This document shows positions 27,368-52,303 of a stretch of 64,000 nt of DNA, piece after piece. This DNA is from Eimeria praecox. Its lineage: Eukaryota. The first letter of the stretch is position 1, and the number at the start of each line of letters is the position of its first letter. A program made the position numbers and the translations under genes. The notes beneath the pieces were generated by a model. It saw only the letters and a list, made by a program, of their open reading frames with translations. It was not told where the DNA came from and searched no databases. The DNA is taken from assembly GCA_963920595.1 (NCBI GenBank), contig OY986946.1, forward strand, positions 2,108,001 through 2,172,000, read 5' to 3'.

Positions 27368-28606
27368 GCTGCCAGCAAAATCGAGCAAATCAACTCAAGA
27401 TCTGCAGGATGCTGCTGCTGTAAGATTAGCTGCTGCTATTGCTGCTGCTGCTGCTGCTGTTGCTGTTGCTGCTGCTGTTGCTGCTGCAGCGAGTGTTTGC
27501 TGGTGTTAATTGCTGCTGCTGCTGCTGCTGCTGGTGTCTTTGGTTTGCTGCAGCCCCATTTTATTTGCATGCGCTGCAATTCTCTTAGATTCGGGTATAA
27601 GGGAAAGCCTGCTCATACATTCATCAGTAAGGGTTTAGGGTTTAGGGTTTAGGGTTTAGGGTTTAGGGTTTAGGGTTTGGGGTTTAGAGGCAGAGGCAGC
27701 GTTCTGTGACACCCCGTGTTTGCTGCTGCTGCTGTTGCTGCTGCTGCTATTGCTGCTGCTGCTGCTGCTCATGTACAGCAGCAGCTAGGACAGCAGCAGT
27801 AGACACAGCCTTTACAAGAGCAGCAGCAGCAGCAGCAGCAGCAGGCGAAGCAATAGCAGATGTAACAGCAGCAGCAGACACAGCAGCAGCAGACACAGCA
27901 GCAGCAGCAGACACAGCAGCAGCAGCTGACACAGCAGCAGCAGCAGCCACAGCAGCAGCAGCAGACACAGCAGCAGCAGCAGACACAGCAGCAGCAGCAG
28001 ACACAGCAGCAGCAGCAGACACAGCAGCAGCAGCAGACACAGCACCAGCAGACACAACAGCAGCAGACACAGCAGCAGCAGACACAGCAGCAGCAGCAGC
28101 AGCAGTTGTGTTGTGCTGCAGCAAGCGAATCTGAAGAATACAGAAGCATGAGGGGTAGGGCTTTGTCTGAATCTCTTCGACATAAGAGGTGAGCATACAC
28201 CGCAATCTTATAAATAAATATTTTATTTATATTTGTTTAATTAATTAAATAATAAATAAATAAATAAATAAATAAATTAATTAATTAATTAATTATAAAT
28301 GCGATATATTAAACACAAACATGGAGACAGAAACGAAGAAGGGATAGCTGAGGATACACCCGAGGAGACAGTCAAAATATGCTGCAGATAAAAACACATA
28401 CAATAATATATCTGCTGCTGCTGCTGCTGCTGTTGCTGCTCTTGCTGCTGTTGCTGTTCTTTGTGCTGCTGCTGTCTCTTCTCTTGCTGCTGCTGCTGTC
28501 GCTTCTCTTGCTGCTGCTTCTGTCTCTTCTCTTGCTGCTGTTGCTCTTACGGTTCGTTCCTCCTGTGCATTTCATTTTTTTCTGCTGCTGCTATTGCTGT
28601 TGCTGC

Positions 28607-28647
<41 letters not shown>

Positions 28648-28843
28648 CAGGTGTATATTTGTATTGGTGATTGACTTGTTAACACTCGAAATCCCTCAAG
28701 ACATTTTCAGGTGTATATACACCCCAAATCCCCTGTTTGTTGCTGTTAATAAAATCGATCTGCTTCCTAATAAACCTCAGCATATGAAAGGGAGAGGGCC
28801 TCGAGCAGCAATACAGCAGGCTGTGCTGCAGCAGCTGCTGCGC

Positions 28844-28882
<39 letters not shown>

Positions 28883-28956
28883 GGGCGTATGGCGCAGAAG
28901 AAACCGGAAGGAGGGAAAGTTTATATGGTGAGAGTTAACTACAACGTTGTTGCTGT

Positions 28957-28993
<37 letters not shown>

Positions 28994-29033
28994 AGTGTTT
29001 GTTTGTCTTCTCGTGCTGCTGCTGCTGTCTGCT

Positions 29034-29066
<33 letters not shown>

Positions 29067-29322
29067 TTGCTGCTGCTGCTTGTGTGTGTGCATCTATGTC
29101 TCTCCTTCTCTACTATGTGTCTGCGGAAGCATCCTCTACTTGCTTCGTGCTGCTGCAGCAGCAGCTGCTGCAGTCTGCTGCTGCTGCTGCTGCAGTCTGC
29201 TGTTGCTGCTGCTGCTCAGAATCTATTGCTACCGCAGCAGCAAAACCACACATTCCTCCTCCTGCAGCAGCATCAGCAGCAGCAGCAACCTCTCTTATTG
29301 CTTCTTCTTCTGTTGCTGCTGC

Positions 29323-29366
<44 letters not shown>

Positions 29367-29976
29367 TTGCTGCTGCAGATTAGCAGCAAGACAGGAGAGA
29401 ACATGCAATCTCTGTTTGCTGCTGTTGCTGCTGCTGCTGCTGCTCGTCGTCGTAATGTTTATCTTCTCGGAGCAGAAAACTCAGGAAAGAGTTCTATCTC
29501 CAATTGGATATTAAAACATTTCGCGCAGACACAGCAAGTACGATCCTGCTGCTGCTGCTGCTGCTGTTTGTGCTGCTGCTGCTGCTGTTTGTGCTGCTGC
29601 TGCTGCTGGTTGTGCTGCTGCTGCTGTTGGTGCTGCTGCTGTTGGTGCTGCTGCTGCTGCTGCTGCTGTTGGTGCTGCTGCTGTTTGTGCTGCTGTTGTT
29701 TGTGCTGCTGCTGCTGTTGTTGTTGTGTGCTGCTGTTGCTGATGGTTGTGTTTATGCTGCTGCTGTTGCTGCTGTTGCTGTTACTGTTACTGCTGCTGTT
29801 TGTGTTTGTGCTGCTGCTGCTGCTAGTGATGCTGCTTCTGCTGCTGTTGCTGTTGTGTCTGTTGCTGCAGCAGCTAGTTGCACTTGTTGTTGTATGAGCC
29901 CTTGTAGTCTGTTTTGTTTGTTTGCTTGCTGCAGCAGCAGCATCATCATCACCATCATCAGCAGCAGCATGAGCAA

Positions 29977-30034
<58 letters not shown>

Positions 30035-31318
30035 GTTCTCGTGGGGGTATAACAGTGAGCTGTCATCCTTCAACAACCGCAGGTTTTCTGAGTTTGTTTA
30101 TAAACAAACAAAATAAGATAATTGATATTCCTGGGTTTCTATCTACTTACTCATTCACTCCTTATATTAGTGCTGTCAGTTAACAACAATCCTGCTGCTG
30201 CTGCTGCTAGTGCTGCTGCTGCTGCTGCTTGTGCTGCTGCTGCTGCTGCTAGTGCTGCTGCGGCTGCTAGTGCTGCTGCTGCTGCTGCTTGTGCTGCTGC
30301 TGCTGCTGCTTGTGCTGCTGCTGCTAGTGCTGCTGCTGCTGCTAGTGCTGCTGCTGCTAGTCGTCATGCTGCTGCTGCTGTTAGTTGTGGTGCTGCTGCT
30401 GCTGCTGTTAGTTGTGGTGCTGCTGTTGCTGCTAGTGGTGCTGCTGCTATCGCTGCTAGTGGTGCTGCTGCTGTTGCTGCTAGTGCCTGCTGCTGCTGCT
30501 AGTGATGCTGGTGCTGTCGCTGCTGCTGCTGCTAGTGATGCTGGTGCTGAGTGGCGGGGGGCGGGGGGATTGTGCTAGTGCTGCTGCTGCTTTTGCTGCT
30601 GCTGCTTTTGCTGCTGCTGCTGTTGCTGCTCGCGCTGCTGCTGCTGCTGCTCATGGTATTCTTGGTGCTGCTGCTGTGACACGAGCTGCTGCTGCTGCTG
30701 CTGCTGCTGCTGCTAGCAGCAGCAGCAGCAGCAGCAGCAGCACGAGCAGCAACTCTCTCATCCCTTCATGTTGGTGCAGGGGCTTCTTATGATTACTTTA
30801 TGTATGTGTTTGTTTATTATATTATATTATATTATATTATATTATATTATATTATATTATATTATATTATATTATATTATATTATATTTATTATATTAAT
30901 ATTATATTATATTATATTATATTATATTATATTATATTATATTATATTATATTATATTGTATTGTATTATATTACATTACATTATATTATATTATATTAT
31001 ATTATATTATATTATATTACATTATATTATATTATATTATATTATATTATATTATATTATATTATATTATATTATATTATATTATATTATATATTTTGTT
31101 TTATATTACTACAGAGAGAGACATCATTATATTTATCTAACCCTCAACTTTATTGCTGCAGTCTTCGTATAAACAAAGGCGAAGGAATATCTATCGGCCG
31201 TTTCGGGTGTATGTACAACTCCGATCTCCCTTTGTTTGTTTCTCTTATGATAAATAAAACAATACCAATCAAAATATTAAATAAACAGACAGTGATGCAG
31301 ATGCTGCAGCAGCAGCAA

Positions 31319-31360
<42 letters not shown>

Positions 31361-31953
31361 GAACAGCAGCAGCAGCAACAACAGCAGCAGCAGGAAATAC
31401 TGCAGCAGCAACAAGAGCATATCTTATCATCAGAAGAACATAAGTAAGTTGATGGCTTCTCCTTTAATTATATTTTATTTATTAAAAATAATATTTTTAT
31501 ATGTATATATATATATATGTATATATAGATATAGATATAGATATAGATATATAGATATAGATATATAGATATAGATATATAGATATAGATATAGATGTAG
31601 ATATAGATATAGATGTAGATATAGATATAGCTAGATATATAGATATAGATATATTATATATATATATATATATGTATGTATATGTATGTATGTATATATT
31701 ATTTATTTTTTATGAATAAATGTAATATATTTATTATATACGTAAATATATAAATCTTTAATAAATAAATAAACAAACAAAAGTATATAATAGTTTTCTC
31801 GGGTGTATATGCTGCTTAGTTTATCTCTATTACGGTAGAAGCAGCAGCAGCAGCAGCTGCTGCTGCTGCTGCTCCTGCTGCAGCAGCAGCTGCTGCTGCA
31901 GTGTATGCATTAACCTACTAGTGTGTATCTCTCTAGATGCGATTTTGTATTTA

Positions 31954-31984
<31 letters not shown>

Positions 31985-32116
31985 CTGCTGCTGCTACTGC
32001 TGCTGCTGCTGCTGCTGTGTGTGTCAGCAGCAAATTATCTTCGTCTGCTGCTGCTGCTGGTGGTGGTGGTAGCTCTCCTCTTCTTATATCGTCTCATCAG
32101 ACACTCGAGGTAATCC

Positions 32117-32193
<77 letters not shown>

Positions 32194-32228
32194 TATATAC
32201 TACTACTACTACTACTTAACTGCTGCTA

Positions 32229-32262
<34 letters not shown>

Positions 32263-32388
32263 AGGTGAAGGGTCGAGGTTGGTTCGAAGGAGCATTTGAT
32301 TTACAGTTGGGGGAATTTGGTTGGCTGACGATAACTGCCGCAGCAAAAATCAAGATGCACATATACACACAACCGAATGTTAGATGAG

Positions 32389-32434
<46 letters not shown>

Positions 32435-32619
32435 TTGTTGTTGTTGTTGCTGCTGTTGTTGTCGATGTTGCTGCTGTTGTTGTCGATGTTGCTGCTGTTG
32501 TTGCTGTTTGTTGTTGCTGTTGCTGTTGTTTTGTTGCTGTTGTTGTTTGTTGTGTTGTTGCTGTTGTTGTTTGTTGTTGCTGCTGTTGTTGTTGTTGTTG
32601 TTGTTGTTGCTGCTGCTGT

Positions 32620-32673
<54 letters not shown>

Positions 32674-32861
32674 ATATATCACATATATATATGATATATA
32701 TATATATATTAGTTTTAGGGTCTAGGGTTTAGGGTTTAGGGTTTTGTTTTCAGTTTGTATGGCGTGTGAGGGAGGAGAGTCTTCTGCCTCAGCCTCTGCT
32801 GCTGTGCCCCGCGAAAAGTGCTGAAGCAATCAGGCGCATGCAGCAGCAGCAGCAGAAGTAG
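25423..32861 (+). CDS. YqeH/NOA1-family circularly permuted ribosome-assembly GTPase with N-terminal signal peptide (probably apicoplast). Approximate exons 25423-25892, 26343-26439, 26775-27419, 27554-27626, 28122-28188, 28651-28927, 29379-29537, ~29935-30174, ~31115-31443, ~32031-32109, 32265-32378, 32754-32861
   Basis: Zn-finger halves CTGCGAALQ and ICMRC; permuted G-box order NKIDLLP (G4), ISSKTG (G5), GAENSGKSS (G1), HPSTT (G2), IIDIPG (G3); C-terminal [12 protein letters not shown]; hydrophobic leader MLGSALF...LLLL...CFCG. Confidence 0.8.
25894..26331. repeat. Inverted telomere-like arrays bracketing intron 1 of the GTPase gene
   Basis: (AAACCCT)n directly after GT; degenerate then perfect (TTTAGGG)n up to the 3' splice site. 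Confidence 0.9.
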
Positions 32862-33528
32862 CAGCAGCAGCAGCAGCAGCAGAAGTAGCAGCAGCAGAAG
32901 TAGCAGCAGCAGCAGGAGCAGCAGCAGCAGGAGCAGCAGAAGAATCAACGGGGCTGAGATGTATGTATCTCTAACTAGCTGCTGCTCTAGGGTTTAGGGT
33001 TTAGGGTTTAGGGTTTAGGGTTTAGGACTAACAGCAGCAGCAAAGCAGCAGCAGCAGCAGCAAAACAGCAGCAGCAGCAGCAGCAAGACAGCCTACTATT
33101 TGTTTCTATAATATTAATAATTATAATTAATATAATTAATTATATTAATCTAATTAATTAAGATATAGCAAGTAATCATAACAAACAACGCTGAGAGCCC
33201 TAAACCCTAAACCCCCAAGGGTTTAGGGTTTAGGGTTTAGGGTTTAGGGTTTGTTGTTTATGCTGTTGCTCCTAAGGATATATATATATAAATATTATAA
33301 TATTAAAACCCTAAACCCCAATAATAAACCCTACCCTAATAAACCCTAATCATTAGGGTTTAGGGTTTAGGGTTTAGGGTTTAGGGTTATATTATAATAT
33401 TATATATCCATACAACCTGATTTGCTCGGGTGTATAGGCAGGTGCTTCAGCATACAACAAGAGAAAACTATATTATTAGCTTTCTCTCGCGACACACGAT
33501 GCTGCTGCTGCTGCTGCTGCAGGTGATA

Positions 33529-33572
<44 letters not shown>

Positions 33573-33597
33573 CGCTGCGTACAATCATAGTATATAC

Positions 33598-35110
33598 TTA
33601 AGCCGAGATTGTGCTGCTGCTGCTGAGGTGTTCTGCTGCCTCGCTACTACTACTGCTGCTATGTTCTGCTGCTGCGGTGCTGCTGCTGCTGAGGAGGTCT
33701 GCTGCTGCAGTGCTGCTGCTGCTGAGGAGGTCTGCTGCTGCAGTGCTGCTGCTGCTGAGGAGGTCTGCTGCTGCAGTGCTGCTGCTGCTGCTGAGGTCTG
33801 CAGCAAGAGTGCTAGAGAGCTCCTCCTTTGGTGCTGCTGTTGTTGTGCTGCTGCTGCTGCTGCTGCTGCTCGATTCCTCTTCGGCTACACGTAGTCTGCG
33901 GCGTGCTGCTGCAGTGCTGCTGCTGCTGCTGCTGCTGTGTTCTTCTGCTGCTGCAGTGCTGCTGCTGCTGTGTTCTTCGGCTGCTGCAGTGCTGCTGCTG
34001 CTGATATGCTCAGCTTCTTCGCTGCTGCTGCTGAGGATAGCAGCAAGAGTTGTAGAAGACTCGCTTGGTGCTGCTGTCGAGGTGCTGCTGCTGCTGCTGC
34101 TGCTGCTGCTGGCTTCTTCTTCGGCTAGCATACGGCGTGCTGCTGCAGTGCTGCTGCTGCTGCTGCTGAGATCTTCTTCTGCTGCTGCTGCTGTGCTGCT
34201 GCTGCTGAGGAGATGTTCTGCTGCTGCTGCTTCGGTGCTGCTGCTGCTGAGGTGCTCTTCTGCTGCTGCTGCTGCTGTGCTGCTGCTGCTAAGAAGATGT
34301 TCTGCTGCTGCTGCTTCGGTGCTGCTGCTGCTGAGGATAGCAGCAATAGTGGTCTCGGAATCGATAGGTGCTGCTGTTGACGTGCTGCTGCTGCTGCTGC
34401 TGCTGCTGGCTTCTTCTTCAGCTAGTATGCGGCGTGCTGCTGCGGCGCTGCTGCTGCTGCTGAGATGCTCTGCTGCTGCTTCTGTGCTGCTGCTGCTGCT
34501 GAGGTGGTCTGCTGCTGCTGCTTCCGTGCTGCTGCTGCTGCTGCTGAGGTGTTCTGCTGCTGCTGCTGCAGTGCTGCTGCTGCTGCTGAGGATGTCAGCA
34601 AGAGTGCTAGCCAGCTCCTCTGGTGCTGCTGTGCTTGTGCTGCTGCTGCTGCTGCTGCTGCTGTCTTCTTCTTTCTTATCTTCTTCCTTCTTATCTTCTT
34701 CCTTCTTATCTTCTTCTACAGCACTAAGACGACGACGGGGGGCTTCTGTGCTGCTGCTGCTGCTGCTGGTGCTGCTGCTGCTGAGGTGTTCTGCTGCTGC
34801 TGCTTCAGTGCTGCTGCTGCTGCTGCTGCTGTGTTCTTCAGCTTCTGCTGCAATACTGCTGCTGCTGCTGCTGCTGCTATGCTCTCCTTCGAGGGTTGAA
34901 GAAGCTTCTGCAGGTGCTGCTGTAGAGGTAGAAGTGCTGCTGCTGCTGCTGCTGCTGCTGCTGTCTTCTTCTTCTTCCCCCTGTCCGTTTATTTCTTCTT
35001 TATTATTATCTTCTTCATCATCATCATCATCATCATCATCGTGTTCTTCTGTTGCTGCTTCTGTAGAAGAGCTGCTGCTGCTGTCATTGCTGCTGCTGCT
35101 GCTGCTGCCA

Positions 35111-35142
<32 letters not shown>

Positions 35143-35489
35143 AGGAAGTCCGTGTTTATCTTCATATTGTTTGATTGCTTCTCTTAATTGTTGTAGTTGT
35201 TGATCGAATGCTTCGCTCTGGACGTACTGTTGTAACTGTGCATCAAACTCGTTCAAATAATTTTTATATCTTCTCACGAATGCACGAAAAGCAAGAATAA
35301 CGTCGTCTTCATTTATATCTAAATCTCCTAATTGCTGCTGCAGCTTAGAGAGAGCATCTTCCTCATTGCTGCTGCTGCTGCTGCTGCTGTCATCATCATT
35401 AGATTCAATTAGATCTATCTCGAATACCTCGGGAGAGAGAGATATGGCACTCAAGTCGTTGCTGCTGTTCAAGTCTGCTGCTGCTAGCG

Positions 35490-35522
<33 letters not shown>

Positions 35523-35882
35523 CATCTGCAGCAGCAGATAATGTGGAGTGAAGCAGCAGGTTGTTACTGGCTTCAGTAGAAGAAGATTGAAGAAGAGACG
35601 CAGCAAGTGTGCTGCTGCTGAGTTCAATATCAGAAGGGCTAGCAGTGCTTGTGCTGCTGATGCTGCTGCTGCTGCCGTTGCTGCTGCTGCTGCTGCCGTT
35701 GCTGCTGCTGCTGCTGCTGCTGCTGTTGTTGCTCTCCTCAAGACGTTGGAGGACTCGCAAGAAGGCCGCATCTTCAGTCAATCTACGATTCCCTCTTAAC
35801 AATTCTTGTAAATTATTGTTGTTAGATAAACGAACAGGAAGACGAAGGAGAGGAGTGTTGTTGCTGCTGCTGCTGTTGCTGC

Positions 35883-35914
<32 letters not shown>

Positions 35915-36101
35915 CTGATGCTGTTGATGATATTCTCTTCTTCTTTCAGCAATTCTTCCTGTGCGCTGTTGTTTACTTCGTTTAATAACTCGTCACGTGC
36001 TGCAGGAGATAGAGAGAGCCAGAATGTATTTATACTAGATAGAGCAACAGCAGCTAACTCTATCGTTGCCGGCTCATCAAGCACTCCCTCACCTCCACCA
36101 T

Positions 36102-36138
<37 letters not shown>

Positions 36139-36318
36139 CTCGCTGCTGCTGATGCTGCCGTTATTTAAAGCACCAAGAGATCCTCTCAAACCACCAAGAG
36201 GACGAGATATACCTAACTCATTTCTGTTGCTTGCTGCTGCTGCTGCTGCTGCTGCTTCACTGCTGAAGGCAGCTACAGCAACAAGGGCGCCAAGGCCCTT
36301 TATGAATATGGAATTCAT
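33598..36318 (-). CDS. Single-exon secreted Ser/Ala/Glu-rich repetitive protein (~906 aa) with five RRL-type motifs
   Basis: Uninterrupted ORF. Likely start MNSIFIKGLGALVAVAAFSSEA (signal peptide-like). Internal repeats RR(L/I/M)(L)xEEE-SSSSS-TSTAAP-...-EHLSSSSS. Confidence 0.8.
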
Positions 36319-37240
36319 AGTAGCACAGAAAGAAAGAAGAAGAAGAACAGCAGCAACAACAACAGCAAGAAGAAGAAGAAGAAGAAGCGAGGCAGCAACG
36401 CACTCAAAACACACACCACAAGTACAAGTAGAAGTAAATTTAATAATATATATAATCTTCTACAACAATAAAGATAAAAACAAGAATTGTGATGAGCGCG
36501 ATAGATTCAAACACACTATCAAACACTCGCATAGATATAACTAACTAACCACCGCTAGGGAGAGTCAGGAGACCATTGGTTCGCTAGCGTGTTACCGCTG
36601 GCTGTATGATGAAAGCGATGTAGAAATGTATGAAATTAAATGATTTTTTGATATTATTTTGATGCTTTTCCTTCTTATATTTAATTATTCTTATCAATCC
36701 ATATATTATTCATATATATCTTCTAATAGATCTCATAGATCAACATCGACTGCGCCACACGCGCGCTCCATCGAGCGAAAACGTCGCTAGGCGCAGGCGC
36801 AACGAACTATCGAGAATTGAAAAAACATAAAGAAAACAAATTAAGTCTAAATAATTATTTATCCTTCTTAATTAGTTAATTTGCAACAGAACAAGGGGCC
36901 ATAACCCCAGTGAAGGATGGCTCTAGTCCATATACGCCTCGGTTTCGAGCTAGACTGTCTACACAGATCAAGAGCTAAACAAGCCGTAATTTTCAGATTT
37001 TTCTTCGTTTTTGTGTGAAATAAAACATATTAACTATTTTACATTTAAAAAATAAAAAGGAAAAAGGTTTTATTCAATAGATCAGGGGTGCCTTCGATCT
37101 GTCGGCAGCGGCCGTCAGCAGGAGAAGAAACACCGCAACGTTGTTTCAGGTGTACGTACACCTCAAAATCTGCTGTATAAAACGCTAAATACAAGAAAAA
37201 TATAAGAAAAGAGCCCCATATTGAAAACATTTGCTGCTTT

Positions 37241-37307
<67 letters not shown>

Positions 37308-37763
37308 GCATCAATCACTCGAAGCAAAATCATAAACAAAAAAAAGAATAAGAAAATAACAAGAAATCAAACTCCTCAGTCCCTCTATGCCCATATCTAC
37401 AAACCCTAAACCCTAAACCCTAAACCCTAAACCCTAAACCCTAAACCCTAAACCCCAAACCCTAAACCCTAATAATAGATGTAAAACCCAAAACCGTTAC
37501 GCTATACCGTATACGCTAAACCCTATATCCTACACCCGTAGAATCTAAGCTCAACCCTAAACCCTAGTAGACCTTAAACCCCCAACTCTAAACCCTAAAC
37601 CCTAAACCCTAATTCTTCTACGAGATTTCTAACCTTATCAACGGTAGCTGAAAGACTGCTGTAGCACAGATTTAATTGTGGTGTCTGTACAGTTCAGACT
37701 TAGTCGAAAATAAACAACTTTTTCTATTTTCTCTTTCTCTCTCTCCTTCTCTCTCTGTCTCTG

Positions 37764-37885
<122 letters not shown>

Positions 37886-38060
37886 TCACTCTTTCTTTCT
37901 TTTCTTATTGTTGATTTCTTTGATATTACGGGGTGTATAGACACCTGAATTAAGAGTTTGAGATATTTGTACATGTCGTAGTCTAACTTGAATATATTAA
38001 TTATATTACTATGTGCACTGTATATAATATATGCTATAGAATGTATATAGTATCCATATA

Positions 38061-38096
<36 letters not shown>

Positions 38097-38746
38097 TATA
38101 TGTATACTATATATGTACTATATAGTATACACAGTATATATAATCTATGTAATATATATTATACACATATTGTATGTAGTATATTTTATCTATAATATGC
38201 ATATAAGACGTTATACACAAATATACAATTATACTATCTTCTTCCTACATGAGCAGATCTGCTCTCTTTGCGCATGCATTTGTTTGTTTTTTTCTTCTTT
38301 TCTTCTTTTTATTTTTATTTATGTTTGAAAGAATCAAAATAAATAAATAAAAGATATTTTCATGGGTGTTAATTCTAACGGGGTGTACGTACACCTGCTT
38401 AGTGCATCTCTGTCTTCTTACTGTCGATTCTGTCGGCAACTCTGTCAAATTAAAGAAAAATAAATAATTGAAATATTCAAATTAGAAATATAATTAAACA
38501 GGAGAAACAAAAACACAAAATAGAATCATCCAGCAGCAGCAGCAGCAACTGCTGCTGCTGTTGCTCTTGCAGCAGCAGCAACTGCAGCAGCTGCTGCGTA
38601 AATGCTGCTGCTGCTGCTGCTGAAGCGATACAACAGCAGCAGCTGAAGCAGCAGATAACCTCACTCGCCTTATTCTCGCAGCAGCAGCAGCAGCAGCAGC
38701 AGAAGCAGCAGCAGCAGGAGCAGGAGCAGGAGCAGCAGCAGCAGCA

Positions 38747-38810
<64 letters not shown>

Positions 38811-40064
38811 TTGTCGGAGTTTATGTCTTTGTCTTTATTTCTTTATTTGGCTTAACCTCTGAGCCTTAGCCCCACATCTTCTTCCTTGTATCGACGAAAA
38901 GTAAATAAAATATGAATATATTTAAATATATATAATTATAATTCGAATATTAATTTTATTTTAAATATCTAACTACAAACAAATCTTCTCTTGTTATTCT
39001 GCTGCTGCTGCTGCTGCTGCTGCTTCTATTGCTGGAGGGGCATACAGGCAGCCCAGGGTTGTATGAGGTCTAAAGCCTTCTTATATAGATAAATTGTCTT
39101 GGATTTGAGAATATTTTCTGTTAAAAATAATTAATTTGTTTAATTATTAATTAAATTAATTAAATAAATTAAATAAACACAAAATAAACACAATCAAAGA
39201 GAAGCCTCGTGCGCCGACGGTATGTATAGATCCGACTCGCCGGCGGTTGACAGCCGAAACATGCGATAAATAAACAGAAAAAAGAATAAAATTAATGAAT
39301 TAAAAGAAAATAAACTCAAAATAAATTAAATTAAATTATTTTTGTTGGTATTTCGTTGATAATTTACCTTAAAAACATATATTTATGCTGTATATTCAAC
39401 TTGCACACCCGTAACAGGAGAAACACAGCGAAACCACAGTTCTTCCGTCTCAATAAACGATAAATTATGATTTAAAAACCTGAAATTCTAAATAAATCAT
39501 AATCAATTTGATATTTAATTCTATTTATTGAAAATAAAAGAAAAATAACTCCAAATTTCGCGTACTTTCGTGTTTGTTATTTGCATGTACTGGTCAGAGC
39601 ATACTCCGTCGGTATAAAAGTAGAAGGAGGTAATAATGAAGGCTGAAGATTCAAATTTTTTGAATAAATTAAAACATTTTTATTTAAATATTTAAAATTA
39701 AATGTAATTTCATTAATTTTATTTCATTTTAATTCATGTTCTACCCTCTAAAAGAACAACCTGCTCATAACGTCGGCTCCCTTACAATGATGACGAAGCC
39801 CCTCCGCCTGTACGTGTTGTAGTTTTGTTTTATTTTTTTTTTGAATATATTTAATATTAAAAAGAAAAACAAAATATATTTATTAAAAAAAACAGAAAAT
39901 ATTGAATAAAGGAGGATTATAGAAGAATATCGATGATAGACAGCGGCCTTTGCACGCACGAGTAGTTTAAGATATGTATATTATTATTAAACAAGCATAA
40001 TATATTTGTGTATATATAATTAAATATATAAATTTATATTTTATTTGTGTTATTTCTTCTCAAA

Positions 40065-50470
<10,406 letters not shown>

Positions 50471-50532
50471 AATTATTAATAAACATTTTAGTAGTTTCAT
50501 ATTTACATGTATACATGGTATAATATAATATA

Positions 50533-50589
<57 letters not shown>

Positions 50590-50788
50590 CTTGTACTTAA
50601 AATAATCTAATATTATATACATGTACAGTTTCTCATTAAACAGATCCAGTAGGATATATTTACATATTTTTCTCCGTCTTTTCTTTTGTGTATGTTCACT
50701 TCGCTATATTTCAAACTTATTATTTCTTTCATTCATGTGTGCTATATACACATGCGGGAATTTGGGTAACTGTCTTTAAAAACATATA

Positions 50789-50921
<133 letters not shown>

Positions 50922-51986
50922 GTATGTATATATATATATATATATATTCTATGGTTGTATTCAGAAGCTCATCTTCATAACAAAGACAACTACTCCTCTA
51001 ACTACTCTATTAAAATATATACATATACTCAAGTATATGTGTATGTGTAAATATATATATTTGCGTATTTATTTATTTATTTATTTATTTATAAATATCT
51101 AAATAAATATATGACAGATATTTGTAGGAAAACTCTGATATACGAAGAAGGCCAAGACCAAACAACAATTATGTTATAAAAGATAAATAAGTAGAAATAC
51201 GGTGAAGACGAATAGAACTAAAGATATAAACTTTGATATAAATGTCTACAGCTACTTACTTATAAATATAAATATAAAAATATATTAAAAACAAATATAA
51301 ATAATTAAATAAATAATTATAAATGTAGATAAATATAATAATATATTCCTTGAAAACAAACATAAATCTATCGGGGTTACCTGATGTTGCGGGTTTGTTT
51401 GTATGAAATGTCGGCGTAAATCTCATCAAATTAAACCAAATTAAAATTAATTTATTTAAATTTAATTAAATTAATTAAATTAAATTAAATTAAATATATT
51501 TCATAGTTTTAAATAAGAAAAAAGCAGCAAAGAAGAATGTGAAACAAAGGAGGAACAACCACCCGCTGTCGGTTGCCGGTTGGGTGGGAGATACAGCAGC
51601 GACGAGAACAGAGTAGAAAATATAAAATAAACAACAAAATAAATTAAAATAAACAATTAAAATATAAAAACAAATTAAATTAAATTAAATTTAATATATT
51701 TAAATGCTTTTGAAGTAGTATACAACTTTATTGTTGCTGTAGTTATAATATCGGCGGCAGCAGTAATTCAACACAGCCCCATATTGCTGTTGTTTTAGGT
51801 GTATGTTCAGCTGTTGTTTGTTTTTATTAGAAACTAAATATCGCTATAATAAATTAAATATTATATTTAAAAGAAAAGGAAAACAAATCTACAAACAAAC
51901 TGCCGCAGTCGGAGGGGGGCCCCGCCTGCTGCTGCTGCTGCTCTTGCTGCTGATGCAGCAGTCGGCTGCTGCTGCTGCTGACACAG

Positions 51987-51996
51987 ATGGATGCAC

Positions 51997-52034
<38 letters not shown>

Positions 52035-52050
52035 ACAGCAGCAGCAGCAA

Positions 52051-52100
<50 letters not shown>

Positions 52101-52155
52101 GCTAAGCCTAGCGAGAAGGTGAAAGGGGTCTTCAGCTCAACAGAAGACCAAGCAG

Positions 52156-52199
<44 letters not shown>

Positions 52200-52272
52200 C
52201 GAACAGATGCTGCAGCAACACATACAGCCGATACTGCTGCTGATGATGAAGGGGCACAAGGACAGAGGCTAA

Positions 52273-52303
<31 letters not shown>

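Noticed and set aside
36319..36414. Upstream extension of the secreted-protein ORF given in the ORF track
   Set aside because: Begins at a non-ATG codon; the first ATG is at 36318 and is followed by a signal-peptide-like segment
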